Source: Eledone cirrhosa
Taxonomy: Eukaryota
Direction of reading: 5' to 3'
Assembly (NCBI GenBank): GCA_964016885.1
Contig: OZ024747.1
Span: 80,600,001-80,664,000 of the forward strand
Length of the DNA: 64,000 bases
Made by a program: the position numbers and the translations under genes. The notes under the pieces were generated by a model. It worked only from the letters and a program-made list of their open reading frames with translations. It did not search any database and had not been told where the DNA came from. Shown one piece after another: positions 42,686 through 59,856 of this stretch (its first letter is position 1; each line of letters starts with the position of its first letter).

Positions 42686-44147
42686 ATTGGGCGACGAAGA
42701 GTTATATTGAAATATATAGATTATGGCTTTGACTATATATCCTATTGCTAGTAAATATTGAAATATTGGTAACTATAAGCCCACTGTTACTTTGCTTCTC
42801 GGCATTTGTTGCTGTTAATGACACTGATTGTGGTGAACAATGAGAATTACAAACAATTATATAGGACAAAAACTAAATTAATAGTAATTCATATATACGT
42901 ATATCAAAAGTGTATTTGAATCTGGTATTCAGATGACAAATTACAATATTAACACACAATCCATTAAAACGATGAAATGATTTGAATCTGAATAATTGTG
43001 TAGATAGACACATAATAGTGATAGAAAGACACATATACTCCAAGAAATAGCTTCCTATCTAATAGGGAACAAGCAAAGTAGTATTAAACATCGCTTAGAC
43101 GAAAACATTTAACATGAAGGTCAGGTAGTTTCAGATTTAGGAGTACAGCCAAGAATAAATTAACAGCAAATTGGAAGCAGATTTGAAAAGCATACGTTGT
43201 AAAAAAGCATACGTTCTAAATAATATTAAATATTTATTACGAAGTTAGGGAAAAAAGGAGCAAATGGAAATTCCAACAAAACATAACATGAAAGATATAT
43301 AGCAAGAAAGGTATTCTTATTTTAGTAAGATAACATTGCAATTGAAACGATAAAGCTTTTATATGAGCTGCAATGCACTAGATATGATAACTTATAAAGA
43401 GAAACACCACTCCTAACACAGACACACACGGAATTAGAGGATTTGAAACTGTTCTGGGTCCAGTGGGGGCAGAAGGTTGCATATATGTTAAGATATTCGT
43501 ACATGTAAATATTGGTCCAGCATCAATTAACCGTCAATATTGTTGTTTTGCATTAATAATTAATATTTATTAATCTAGTTTTAAAGAAATTCCTATTCAA
43601 TCTATTGATGTTAATCTTATTTAAACTTTTAAAATATTATTTTTAAAAAACGATAAAATTACAATAAGTTGTCTCCATCCATAAGTAAATAGAGAAGAGA
43701 GAAAGGGGAATTATATATGAGTTAATCTAATCTAATCTGGCCGAGATCACACTCGCAAATAAGAAGAACCAGGGCCGCCCCTAGGAGCATTGGATTTGGT
43801 GTACTTCATATTTGTTTCGGTTGCTGAATACAATCAGGGGTCGCTGCTTCTCCTGAAGGTCGATAGTTCTCTTCTAAATCGAGCTGGAACGCCTTTCCAT
43901 TGTCAATTTGCATTAATCATTTGCAAAGCCGCATTGTTCTCAGAACCACTACACCAGATAATTTAAAGATACTATAATATATATATGAGCATAACTTATA
44001 TTATAGTATCTTTACATTGTATATAAATGCAATCTCACGAAGACATGTATCTACACAAGTATTCGATTATATATTGAGTTCATTTCATACAAGAATATAT
44101 TTCTTAGATTAGAATAGGATCTCATTGAACTCATAAAGACAAATAAA

Positions 44148-44260
<113 letters not shown>

Positions 44261-44660
44261 ACCTATGTGTAAATACGTGGGTTGTGTATTAATATAGAAC
44301 CATATATACATATTGGCAACATGGCCCTCCCAAAGTATAACAACATATATACATACATATATACATACATACACACATATATATATATATATATAGGAAG
44401 ATAACGGAATATAATATCTAAATACAATTCACTTGAAAAAAATATACACAGACTTAAATAGAATAAACAAAGTATACTACTTCGCTCATCATTTCTCTGA
44501 TCTATTTCTTACTTTCCTCAATATTTTTTTATCTACTGCTATATCTGGCAAACGAAAACTCCTTCGGCAATGTTGCATATTGTGTCTTCATAGAGTCATA
44601 TAAAAATAGGTTCAGAGATGTTACTATATTTTTCTACATGATGTTAGGGTGCAAAATACT

Positions 44661-44740
<80 letters not shown>

Positions 44741-44918
44741 GGTATGTGTGTGAGTATATATGTGTGTACATGTGTATATGTATGCATGCATGTGTGTGAG
44801 TGTGTATAATCGTATTATACTCCAGTGCACCCATGCTGATTCTATGTCTCACAAAAAGCCCCCCAGAAAAAAAGGAATAAATGTATAATACATGCGCATA
44901 TGCATATATATGTTTGTG

Positions 44919-45006
<88 letters not shown>

Positions 45007-45027
45007 GTATATATATATATGTATATA

Positions 45028-45109
<82 letters not shown>

Positions 45110-45367
45110 CATATATATACACATATATATACATATATATATAACATACATAACCTTAGTATTTTCCTATCTATCTCAAAGGAAAAAAATAAACACAAAA
45201 CTAAATGAGTTAATAAATATATAAATACGTACAGTTAAAAAGATCATTGTATGTCTTTGTGAACAGGGAATACTGATTATAAAAACAATAATAATAACTT
45301 TGCTATCTTCTTGATAATAATAATAATAAAAAGAATATTATTATTAATATTATTATTGTTATTTGTT

Positions 45368-45930
45368 AGAGTTCAAATCCCGTCGAGGTTAGCTTTGCCT
45401 TTCATCGTGAAGGGGTCGATAAAGTAAAGTACCAGTCACGCACTGGGGTCGATTTAATCGACTTTCCACTGATCACAGTAACTTTGACACGTCCTCTCAC
45501 GTATAGTGGTGTCATTTCAGATTCTCGAGAGGGGAAATGACAACATAGTGTGCTTCCCTGTCACTAATACAAGTAATATTTTAAGACACTAACATAGACA
45601 CAAGGCCACGTTTATGGTGGGGAGTTAGTCGATTATATTAACCCTAGTACTTAACTGGTACTTTATCCTATCGACCCCGGAAGAATGAATGGCAAAGTTA
45701 GGCTCGCTGATATTTGAAATCCGAATGTAAAGAGACGTAACTTAACACGACAACCAATTGTTTCCGAGGTTCTAACGATTATGCCATCATACCAACTTCC
45801 CTATTTTAAAGCAAGGCCACAAATCTGTATGGGAAACAATGAATTATATCAACCCAAGTACTTGACTGGTACTATATTCTATTAAAGTAGAAGAATGAAA
45901 AGCCAAGATTACTAGGTAGAATTTGAAGTT
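45368..45930. mobile_element. three partial SINE S1-related copies (45368-45468 +; 45590-45800 -; 45805-45930 -)
   Basis: S1 core motifs. Confidence 0.75.
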
Positions 45931-46132
45931 TATATTCTATAATTATATCCCTCCGAGGTCACTTTTTCTTTTCATCGTTTCTGAATCTATGCAACAAAGT
46001 ATCAGTTAAGTAGCAGAGCTGGTTTAATCTACTTGTATCCCTCCCCAAATCGCTGGTATTGTGGTCGCTATTGTTTTTATTAAGATGGTAGATTTGCAGA
46101 AACTCTACTGTGAAGACTAAATGCGGTTTTAA

Positions 46133-46353
46133 CCCTTTAGCATTTAGATTACTCAATATTTACAATTGTATTTTCATGGTAAATGCTTTATTTTATATTA
46201 TTATATCACATAATATCGAATCTACAAAATTTTGATATTATGCATTTTGAGAACAATACCTTAAAATAAGTATGAGCTGCTGGTTATCGCTGGTTTGAAG
46301 AGAAAGATGTGAGAAAATTCTGGCCGGATATGGCCGGTTTAAATGCTAAAGGG
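46133..46353. mobile_element. piggyBac-type MITE inside an old SINE
   Basis: TTAA|CCCTTTAGCATTTA ... TAAATGCTAAAGGG|TTAA: 14-bp TIR with TTAA TSD. Confidence 0.88.
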
Positions 46354-47482
46354 TTAAATTACATCGTTTTGTGTTCAAATTCCATGTAGCTCTAATTTAC
46401 TTTTCAGAGATAAGTTGCTTCGATAAATATATACAGCATTTACGGATTTGCCCTTCTAACGTAAGACATCATCGCTAGTATCTTCATCACCGTCACCATC
46501 ATCATCATCACCGTCACCATCATCATCATCACCGTCACCATCATCATTACTTAACTCTTCGCCTAAATAATCGACGTTTCTGAATTGTTTTAAACATGAA
46601 CGAATTTAGTGATTACCTACTGACTGATATTTACTTCAATTTCAATACGTGATGGAGTAAGAGCGTTGCTCTTTCGTTTTGCGGCGAGATTAAAAACAGA
46701 ATTACTTAGATTTATAAATCTATTTTGGATTTTGATGAGAAGATTTAAACGATGACTGAATTTGCATCTCGTAGTTATCATTCACAGCAAGGCTATCGAA
46801 CTACGCGAAGAAATATTTGTTTTCTTTTCTTGCGTGAATGGGTGTGGTCCAATTTGAATATTGTCTAATTTTCGAAATAGATGGATGAATAAATTATGTC
46901 TAGAAAGTTATATAAATGGCATTAACGAATGATTGAATACAAGTGAATAATGAAAATTATATAGAATATATATTGCTGAGATCGTGCGTAGGTGAGCTAA
47001 CAACGATGTATCTCTTCGGTTATCTCTCTGAGAAGACAGTTTTTCACTCTTTTTTTTCTCTGATTATCTATCTCAATTTTCTTCCTTCCTATTTTCCTCT
47101 CTGATCTCTCCATTCGTTTTGTTTCGTCCCATCTCACTCCCCCTTAATCTCCCTCTTCCCTTTCCTTCTATATATTTATCTGTTCATGCTATGTACTTTA
47201 CAATGTTAATCTTCTACATCTCTATTAAATTGCCTGCTTCAATGTTTAAAATCCAGAACTTTCTTCGTTGCTATATTCTCATGGAAGAACATAAACGAAG
47301 TTTCAATCCTCTCCACATTTCGTTAGTCCTACACCGACTGATTTAAAATGTAACAACAAACCCATTAGAAGTCTGATTAAAGTCAGTCTTTAAATTAGAA
47401 GTAGCAGTCAAATCTCCACAAATCAGACCATATCGTTTTACGAAAGGAATAAACACATAGAATAATGTAGTTATGGATATAC

Positions 47483-48618
<1,136 letters not shown>

Positions 48619-48706
48619 TCTGTATCATGTATCATTTCTATTAAAATATTTTACATTATAATCAGAAAGCCTATTTGGTTATATATATATATATATATAT
48701 ATATAT

Positions 48707-48882
48707 GTAAGAATATTTTCGAAACACCGAGCGAGTTTGAAATTATAAATGTAAGCTATCGCCGTATTTTGACTAAAGAAATTAAAAGCAAATTATTTAG
48801 CCTGATGTTTAGCCACTATCAGGGTAAATTATTTTCTTTAATTTCTTTAGTCAAAATACGGCGATAGCTTACATTTATAATT
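48707..48882. mobile_element. small fold-back element in (TA)n
   Basis: perfect 46-bp IR 48741-48786 / 48837-48882 with an imperfectly palindromic loop. Confidence 0.85.
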
Positions 48883-48899
48883 ATATATATATATATAAT

Positions 48900-49175
48900 A
48901 AGAACTTTGTAACGCGAACTGGCGCGACATTTATTATACTTATTCGCCAACCAATCACATTACTTCTCTAAAAACCTGGCATTTCGAGTCACTTTTTTCC
49001 ATATAAAACAGAAGTAACATTCAAAGACCAACCAGATGTGAGAAAAACCACAAACCCTCCATCTAAATCCTACTTTTGAAAAGCAGAACTGCGAAACCGT
49101 TAAAGGAACCAAATAAATATATATTTAAAAAAAAAAAGACTCCAGTTGCATTTTCGATTTCATCTTTTTTCCTAA
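48900..49175 (+). mobile_element. family A fragment (another at 49705-49795)
   Basis: AGAACTTTGTAACGCGAACTGGCGC resembles rc of 56275-56300; shared 3' TCCAGTTGCATTTT. Confidence 0.7.
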
Positions 49176-49823
49176 TATATATATCTATATATATACATGT
49201 CGACAAATTAGTTATTAACAACAATGTTTGTATGCAGACAGCTGTCCTAAAAGAAACATTTCTCTCAGGAAAATAGTGAAATTAGTCTGTTTAGAATGCA
49301 TCGTATATTGTTGGTGTCAATGTTGTCATTGTTGTTTCTTATATGTCACAGGCATTATTGCAATCAAATTTATATTTTTCGTTTGATTGACGACTTCAAA
49401 TTGTCATTGTGTATTCCTTATTAGCAATTTGGTTATTTTACAAAAGATTAAAAAAAATAGGAAAGAGTGAGATAAGTAAAAGGCACCATATATCATATTG
49501 TACGAAGTCGAGATTACTTCTGTTCTTTGAAACGAGTTGTTCCGTAGAGTTTTACATGCCTTGTCTAAACGAATACATAATTAAATAAAAGAAAAGATAA
49601 ATTCTGCCTTTAATAGACTTTGCTTTTTATGAAGATCTATGTAGCTATGTTATTTTTTATTAGGTAGAGAAATACTTGCGATTTAGGAGATATAGAATAT
49701 GGTTGTATGAAAAGCATAAGAACTGTGTAACCGGTAAAGTAAATAAATAAATATTCTAGAAGACTCCAGTTGCATTTTCAATTTCTTTTCTTTATATCTA
49801 TATATATATATATATATAATATA

Positions 49824-49894
<71 letters not shown>

Positions 49895-49895
49895 C

Positions 49896-50069
49896 AATAA
49901 TTGCTTCTACTTTTGGCATAAGGCCACCAATTACCCAGTACATTACTGGTGCTTTATTTTGTCGATCTCGTAAGGATGAAAGGCAAAGTTAACCTCGGCG
50001 GGATTTGAACTCAGATCGTAAAGGGAAGTAACTATGCTGGAAAACATGTCTGACCCTCTACCGATTCTG
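49896..50069 (-). mobile_element. SINE S1
   Basis: rc of S1 head, core and tail. Confidence 0.9.
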
Positions 50070-50233
50070 CGTACACAGATATATGTGCATACATACATAT
50101 ACATATATAAACATATATTTTTTCACAAGTATGTGAGATTGTGTGTTGTCGACCTTAACCAGTGTTGCTCTATGATTATGAGGGACAAGATAATCGAAAT
50201 AATTAAATTGACTCATTATCAGCGCTATGTAAC

Positions 50234-50806
50234 TTATAAAGTAAGAAGAAATACCAGACACAGATATATACCTATTTTTTCTTCAATGTCCCGACTGTAC
50301 AGTTTCGCTGGTCACTATGCAAAAATCTTATATCATAGAGATGTAACATTGTTGTGAGCTAAGCCAGCTTTTCAAGGGAACACCTCAGGGAAACAGCGCT
50401 AACTACACACGTCCGTAGCAAGCGAGAGAATCTCAAACAGGCGGAGGGAAATACTGTTACGTGATACACCGGTCAAGAAAGGGGACTAAATCCCTTGTAG
50501 CAGTGAAAAATATCTCAGAAGGCGGAGGGGGATATTGATATGATACAGAGGCTACAGAGGAGTGACCGATGTATCACGTGATAGTATTTCCCTCCGCCTT
50601 TTTGAGATTCTCTCGCATGCTACGGACGTGTTTAGTTAGCGCTGTTTCCCTGAGGTGTTCCCTTGAAAAGCTGGCTTACCTCACAACAATGTTACTTCTT
50701 TTTATGATATAAGATTTTTGCATAGAGACCAGCGACACTGTACAGTCGGGACATTGCAGAAAAAATAGGTATATATCTGTGTCTGCTATTTCTTCTTACT
50801 TTATAA
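50234..50806. mobile_element. fold-back element family E (240-bp diverged arms, 87-bp spacer)
   Basis: 50234-50475 matches rc of 50563-50806; GAAA-CTGTACAG-TC half-HHR in the arms. Confidence 0.9.
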
Positions 50807-51007
50807 TATATATATATATATATACATACACATACATTCATATATCGTGTGTGTGTGTGTGTCTCTCTCTCTCTCTCTATATATATATGTATATATAGTC
50901 TCTCTCTCCCTCTCTATATATATATATATATATAGTGTGCGTGTGTCTGTATATATATATATGTGTGTGTGTGAGTGTGTGATCACATAATGTCCATGGA
51001 CTCGCTT

Positions 51008-51088
<81 letters not shown>

Positions 51089-51572
51089 CGACTTACACAT
51101 CTGTGTATATGCATATATTATATACATATCACTATACGAAATCGAAATACAAAGAGACAAGGTAAAGTAAAGACCATTTTAAGGTGAAACGTGAAAACAA
51201 TATTCATGTCTATGAACACTCTAAATTTGGAATGTATATATATATACGCATATATTTAGAAGTTCATTCCGCCAGCGATGATAACTGTCAGAAAAACAAT
51301 CAGACATTCAATACTCCAGGCACGCCAATGACTGAAAATATCACTCACTCACTGTTAAGTCTGTGTGGTAGTAATATTCAATAAACTCTATATTGGGAGT
51401 GTTAGGCCAGCCTCCCGTGACTTAGCTTCAGGTAAAGACGTAAAGAAGTGGGACAATTTCGTATCAAGATAATAATTCTAATTTTCCTGGTATGTTATGG
51501 TTCTATAGCTCAAGCTAAATTGGTGCAGTTGTGGATCCGATTAAATTTTATACATACATAAGTATGAGTATG

Positions 51573-52911
<1,339 letters not shown>

Positions 52912-52944
52912 ATCTATCTATCTATTATCTACATCTCCTCTTTC

Positions 52945-53037
<93 letters not shown>

Positions 53038-53471
53038 GCAGATGTACCTGGCGTTGCTCGGGAAATGAATGACAGCCTGTTTGTCCGTATAAAGAGAGCG
53101 AAAGGTTGAGCAAAGAATTGAAATGTAATTGTAAAAAAAAGTTTAACAAAATGGGTGTACAGTGACATGATTAAGTGAAATAAACGGCAACATAAAGACA
53201 ATTCATGGGGTAGCTTGAGTTAATTGACGTGAATGATTTCAAGTCCGGCCTTGCTCTAATAGGTATGAGTAAGGGGATAAAGATGGAATAGACGCACCGT
53301 ATGTCCTTCAGTAGACTAAACTCTATGCGTAAGATGGCGCATCCACGTTGACCATCCACTGGACATAGAAATATCATTCCTTGAAGCAAATCGGCCTAGT
53401 TCTTCAAAAGTTAAAAGGAGCCTAGTATTTGTACGCAGACAGACAGACAGACACACACACAGACCGACTTG

Positions 53472-53507
<36 letters not shown>

Positions 53508-53510
<3 letters not shown>

Positions 53511-53850
53511 TCATCACATTTATTTTACGTCGGCTTTTTCCTGCTCGCAAGGGTGGGACGGGTTCTATTCAGCACAGCATCTCCCCACTTGTCACGGTCC
53601 TTTGTCATCTCCTCCGTGGGCTTCAGCAATCTGAGGTCTGCTCTCACACCTCCACCCATGTTTTTCGTGGTCTTCCTCTACTGCGTCTTCCTTCAACTGG
53701 CATTTCTTGGCACTTCTTTACCCAGCGGTCAACCTCCATGGGCATCACATGTCAATACCATCGCAGTCTTCTCTCCCGCACACTAAAACTTATCCCTCTT
53801 AAACACAGTTTCTCTCTCATCATCCATGCTCAGTCGTTCACGTACATTGA
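53508..53850 (-). mobile_element. RTE-clade LINE 3' fragment
   Basis: minus strand RLRWY.HVMPMEVDRWVKKC....VEGRRSRGRPRKTW; (GAT)n-like tail. Confidence 0.85.
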
Positions 53851-54309
53851 CATTGATATATACATACATGTTTAGGAGGCTAGTCAAAGGGAATCGGTAG
53901 CATCGGCGGCCTCATACCCACGTAATTATGTAAGGTTTATATTGTTAGAAATACAAACCCATTACTCAATGCGCCCACATACGTTAATCAGCAGGACTAA
54001 CGGCTACGTGTGGGTGTATATTATGTATGTATGTATGTATGTATGTATGTATGTATGTATGTATGTATGTATGTATGTATGTATGTGTATATATATATAT
54101 ATATATATACGCAAGTGGAAGCTTAGTAAAATCGAAGCTTTGGCTGTGGCCAAGGAAAGTCGACCTACAATTAAGAATGAGTAGCAAAGCACTCAACAAG
54201 GGTAGGTCCTCAGAGTAATAACATTACGTTTAAAAGCTTGACAAATTGAAAATTGCGGCAGGCGAAACCCAACCATACAATACCAAAACAACGTAAGAAC
54301 TAATCATGT

Positions 54310-54375
<66 letters not shown>

Positions 54376-54378
<3 letters not shown>

Positions 54379-54655
54379 GATATTAACAAATGGAAACTAT
54401 ATTTATAAAACTATATTTATTTCATTATACATATTTCAAGGACACCAAGTTAAATTATAGTGTGCTTTCATCAGATAAAATATAATATAGATCAGTTTTA
54501 TAAAGTGTCCTTGAAATATGTATAATGAAATAAATATGGTTTTATAAATATAGTTTCCATTTGTTAATATCGTATTTTTACTCCAAATATTTGTTGAGTG
54601 CTTTATATCAGTTATAAAAATATTTGCTTGTTGTATCCCAACAATTTAAATATAA

Positions 54656-54660
<5 letters not shown>
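54376..54660. mobile_element. fold-back element related to family C
   Basis: IR 54376-54445 / 54505-54574 plus a right tail. Confidence 0.85.
54418..54482 (-). ncRNA. minimal type I hammerhead ribozyme, canonical core
   Basis: TATTTTAT-CTGATGA-AAGcACAC..GTGTcCTT-GAAA-T atgt A-TA-ATGAAATA. Confidence 0.88.
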
Positions 54661-54727
<67 letters not shown>

Positions 54728-54815
54728 TAAAAGGTAAACAGAAAAGTAACAACACAATCGGTACAGTATATGGAAGAAATATATTAATTTAACGCTTGAA
54801 GTAGCAGGAAGAGGG

Positions 54816-54851
54816 TCTTAGCGTTTCGGATGCTAGTCCTTCATCAGAAGA
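54816..54851 (-). ncRNA. minimal hammerhead, probably inactivated (GCU at the cleavage triplet)
   Basis: TCTT-CTGATGA-aGGA ctagca TCC-GAAAC-GCT-AAGA. Confidence 0.6.
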
Positions 54852-54951
54852 AAGAATGAGAAATTGGATAGATTGATGGGACGGGTGGGGTGGAATTGGA
54901 AATATATATATATATAATACTTAATTGTATATACGGGTTATATCGAATACT

Positions 54952-55165
54952 AATAATGGTTTCTTATATAGGCACAAGGCCAGCAATTTTGGGGGAGGGG
55001 AAAGGCGATTAAATCGACCCCCAGTGTGTGACTGATACTTCATTTTATCGACCCCGTAAGGATAAAAGGCAAATTTAACCTCGGCGGGATTTGAACTCAG
55101 ATCGTAAAGGGACGTAACTCTTTGCTGCATGGCGTCAGACCCTCTACCGATACTGCCAATCCACC
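54952..55165 (-). mobile_element. SINE S1, full length
   Basis: rc of S1 head, core and tail. Confidence 0.9.
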
Positions 55166-55876
55166 ATTCCTTTGCAAGCAAACGGCTTTACTAAGCTATG
55201 CTGTGTTTTGACGGTTATCGCGATTCGTTTTTTCAACAGTTCAACGTTTTAGAATCAAAAGCATTAACACTGTTCACTCAAAGATTCAACCTCCAACAGT
55301 CGCGGGTCATTTACTTTTTAAGTGATCTGGTGATCGTATTGTAATCAGTCTTCTCCCACCGATGTCAGTTTACTCCTAAACAAATGAGATGACTAGCCTT
55401 CCAGCATACGCTTATAATAAACTTTTGATCCAAACCCGATTTCATTAGTAAAATCTTCTTTAAAGTTGTTAAATTATGGTCTTTACATCTATTTCTAGTT
55501 AGAAATCGAAAAGCGAATACATGTGCTATTTATATTAAGCTAAACTGCTTCCAGGGAAATGTTGGCAGCTTCCGTGATGTCTGCGAACACCATTCATCAC
55601 GAACTCCATTTATGGATGTGAAGAGAAACGGTGACGAGTCATAGATGCCAACTGGCACAGCAGCTGTCCACCGTAATCTGTCTAAAATGGTAATGGGATA
55701 GTGTAAGGGTATTTGAGTTGACGCGATGTATCACCAAGATAAATACATTGCTACATTTAATTTTGTACTTTTACATAAGCAATGTCACGCACACACAAAC
55801 ACTCACGCAGCCGCCACACGCTCAGCGATGCACGCAAGGACACACACATACACAAATATATATATATACATATATA

Positions 55877-56001
55877 TAGGAAAAGAGTCGGGACTCCGAC
55901 GGCTGAACTCTGGCCATTTCGACAGCTAGATCCGAACTCAGTTCGGATCTAGCTGTCGACACGACCGGAGCTCAGCCGTCGAGTTCCTGACTCTTTCCCT
56001 A
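55877..56001. mobile_element. family B palindrome made of two head-to-head 3' half-HHRs
   Basis: centre GATCCGAACT c AGTTCGGATC; minus arm GAAATGGC cagagttca GCCGTC. Confidence 0.8.
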
Positions 56002-56016
56002 TATATATATATATAT

Positions 56017-56410
56017 ATTGGTAAACGGAATAGAAAATGCTGACAAATTGTTCGCAGTGAAAAATAGTTTAATTAGGAATAAGTGAGAATTAGTAATAGT
56101 ATTGGTTAGTATTCAGTTTTGGTTTTAAGTTTTACCGGTTGCGCATTTCTAATGTTTTTCAAAAATAATTTTGAGATAGAGCGTCCGTGATGTTTGCTCT
56201 AATCTGATTAGTTTTGGGAATTCTACCTGTTTTTATGTTAAAAAAGTGGCTCCAGCGGTATTAAAATAAGTTTTGCGCCAGTTCGTGTTGCAAAAATTCT
56301 TGTGGTCAAAACAATTTTGATTGGTCGGTAGAGGTCATGTGAATGTAAAGAATTGATTTTGCGCCAAATGTAGGTTTGTGTCGGCTGACTGAGAAATAAG
56401 TCTTTCACAA
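56017..56410 (-). mobile_element. family A, longest copy
   Basis: 56017-56200 closely matches 7204-7399 and then continues past the point where the 7.4-kb copy folds back. Confidence 0.85.
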
Positions 56411-56816
56411 CAAATATGTGTGTGTGTGTGTGTGTGTGTGTAGCAGAGTAATTCGTGGTAGAGGGATGGTCAGTAGGAATGTGTCTGTAAGTGTGTGGGG
56501 GGATATTTTAACATGTTAAAAGATATTTTTCAGCTCTTGTCTTATACGGAGAAGTGTGTATGTGTGTGTGTGTGTGTGTATGTCTCTTTGTATGTTAATG
56601 TACGCGTGTGTATGTGTGTGTGTATATATGTGTGTGTGTGTGTGAGAGAATGTGTGTGTGTGTGGGGGGGGGGGGGCAGTATTTTTTTCTGGTAAAAAAT
56701 GGTGTACATTATTCGATATTTTCAGTAAAATTGATTCTCTCAATAGAACATCAAAAACCTTAATAATAAAAGGTGTGAAATGATATATAGTATTGGCATA
56801 ATACCAAGGTGTGTGT

Positions 56817-57132
<316 letters not shown>

Positions 57133-59565
57133 AACTCGTAGGGACCCCGTTTATTCCGTTACTGGAACCAAGAAGCTCTTATATCCGACCAACCATTTTG
57201 TTCGGGGATGTAATGTGGTGTGGTGGATAATGTGTTGTTTGTGCCATTCATTGATCAACTGCTTCTACATCCAGAAATTAGATTACAATCGATATTTACG
57301 AAGTTTCCAGGCATTGGAAAATTCTACTCCACTTCCATCAATTATCATGTCTTTTATTAGAACTGCTATTTAAAACAGTTTCCAATGACATACTGACAAT
57401 CGAATATTGAGAACATCACAATTGAAAGAAACACATTAAAAAATGTAAGAATAATACAAAAGTAAAACAAAAAGAATGTAGATGAGAATGGAAGAAGAAA
57501 GGAATAAAACAAAATAGTACTTGAGATGAGCTATGAATAGATTGAAAATTTAAATAAAAATTAGAAGCAGAATTGGTTATTAATTTACCAAATTTCTAAT
57601 AAAGGTGGAAAACTGACGTTTTATTTTTTCTGTTATTATATTTTTCCTTCGATGTTTCCTTGTTTATAATTACATCCCAAATGTTCTTATCTTTTATTTT
57701 TTGTCCAAGCTAATAGCAATTTCGGTAGAAAGAAAAGAAGGGGAAAAATCTGGTTTTAACTAATCGTTTTAAAGTATGTGCTAGAGTAAAAAAAATTAAA
57801 GGAACAAAAATATAAAACCAGTGTTTCTAATAGAAATGTGTACGAGTAATTATTAATTTAAGAAAATAATAATAATGACAATTCGATTCGTTTATTGTGC
57901 CGACTGCTCTTTATTATTTCTTGTCAAGTAAAGTAAGAAACATAAATAGCAAGGTTTAAAAAAGGAGACGAACAAACGAATAAATCAATACATTATCAAA
58001 CAGAAAAAAACTATATTCCAATTAGAAAATAACAAGCAAAGTTTCAAATAAATAAATTAGCAGCAAACAATACAAAACATATATCATTTGCATCTTTCCT
58101 TGTCATGAGTTGTAAGTATCTTAAATGAACATTAGCTACAACATCAACAAAATGGCTGAAGATGTACAATAAATAAATACAAATTCCTAACTCATACATA
58201 AATATATACAATTCATTTCAAACCCCAACTTCTATCATATCTTTAAATCGGTTAAACTTTGTGAGTGATATTTAATAGAAACGGTGTGAAAACCCATTTC
58301 AGCGACATTCTATCATATCCTGAAATCGTTCAATGCTTTGTGAATTAAATTTGATAGAGAAGCTACAAGGGCTCGTCTGAAAGACCGTTTCTGTTCCTGT
58401 GTGATAGATGTAATCAAACACTCTGTTTAATAACACCACGTAGCTCTTTTGAAGATAATTTTCTCTTTTCCTCCCACATGATTCAGAAATCATAAAGAGG
58501 GTCATAAATGTTGCTCTTCCTTACCCGAGTAAGTCATTACTAAGACAAAATAATGTTACTAGGTTTTCATTCTCGTTGAGGAAAAAAATAGGTTTGGAAT
58601 GAGGACTAGAATAACAATGTTAATCAAACACACACACTCACACACACACTCACACACACACACACGCATATATACGTTATGCATAAATACATTCTTTTAT
58701 AACAATTTATTCATGCAATCGTCTCTTTAATTTTCTTATTTTGTATAATGTTTATCATAGTAGACGTTTATAAAACTCACCGATTTCTACAAATTGTAAC
58801 CAAACCTCTATTAATTGTGAAATACAGAACAATTAATATCTACAATTGTATATATTTATCAAATACTAAACCATGCATGTTCATCTATATGAATATTCAT
58901 GCTCATATATCCACTATACCTGCATATAGCGATTAATACACACAAATGTCTTTTTTTTACATCCTTATGTAACCTGGAGAACATTAATATATTTTGAACG
59001 ATATGTAGTGTTTTTCTTTAATCTTCTAATTTGATATTGGGATATTTCTGAAATATTTGCATCTACTCTTCATGCACTACTGTGTAAGTTCAAACGCAGA
59101 GCATTGTGACCATGCGTAACTATATATATTTGCATACATTTATGTACATTTCATTGCCTGTTTATGTGTGGCTAGGTAAACATACAAGCATGCATGTTCA
59201 CAGATATATCATTTTCGACGGAAGTATGTGAATATGCATGTGTACGCATGTGTGTATGTGTGTATAAATATACTCATACACACACATATATATAAGCGCT
59301 TGGTTGTATGTAGTGAACATCTAGGTGCACATGTACGCATGTGTATGTGTATGTGTGTGCTTATATGGGAATATATATGTGCTTATTTATGCATGTATGT
59401 ATATATGCATGTATGTATAGATGTATGTGTTTATGTATGAATACATGTATTTTTGCGTGTGTGTATTATTTACAGATATATAATTAAATGTATGTGTGGT
59501 TAGGTGTAACTGTATGCATATCTATAGATATTTGTAAATGTAGCTGTGTTTCACGTGTGTGTATG

Positions 59566-59627
<62 letters not shown>

Positions 59628-59648
59628 TATATAAAAATATATATATAT

Positions 59649-59693
<45 letters not shown>

Positions 59694-59746
59694 AATATAT
59701 ATATATACATATATATATATACACACAAATATATATATATGTATAC

Positions 59747-59856
<110 letters not shown>

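Noticed and set aside
48787-48836. Hammerhead in the loop of the small fold-back
   Set aside because: Too degenerate (CTGATAG..TAAAC) to call.
54160-54220. Minus-strand CTGAGGA plus hairpin
   Set aside because: No GAAA box or stem III follows.
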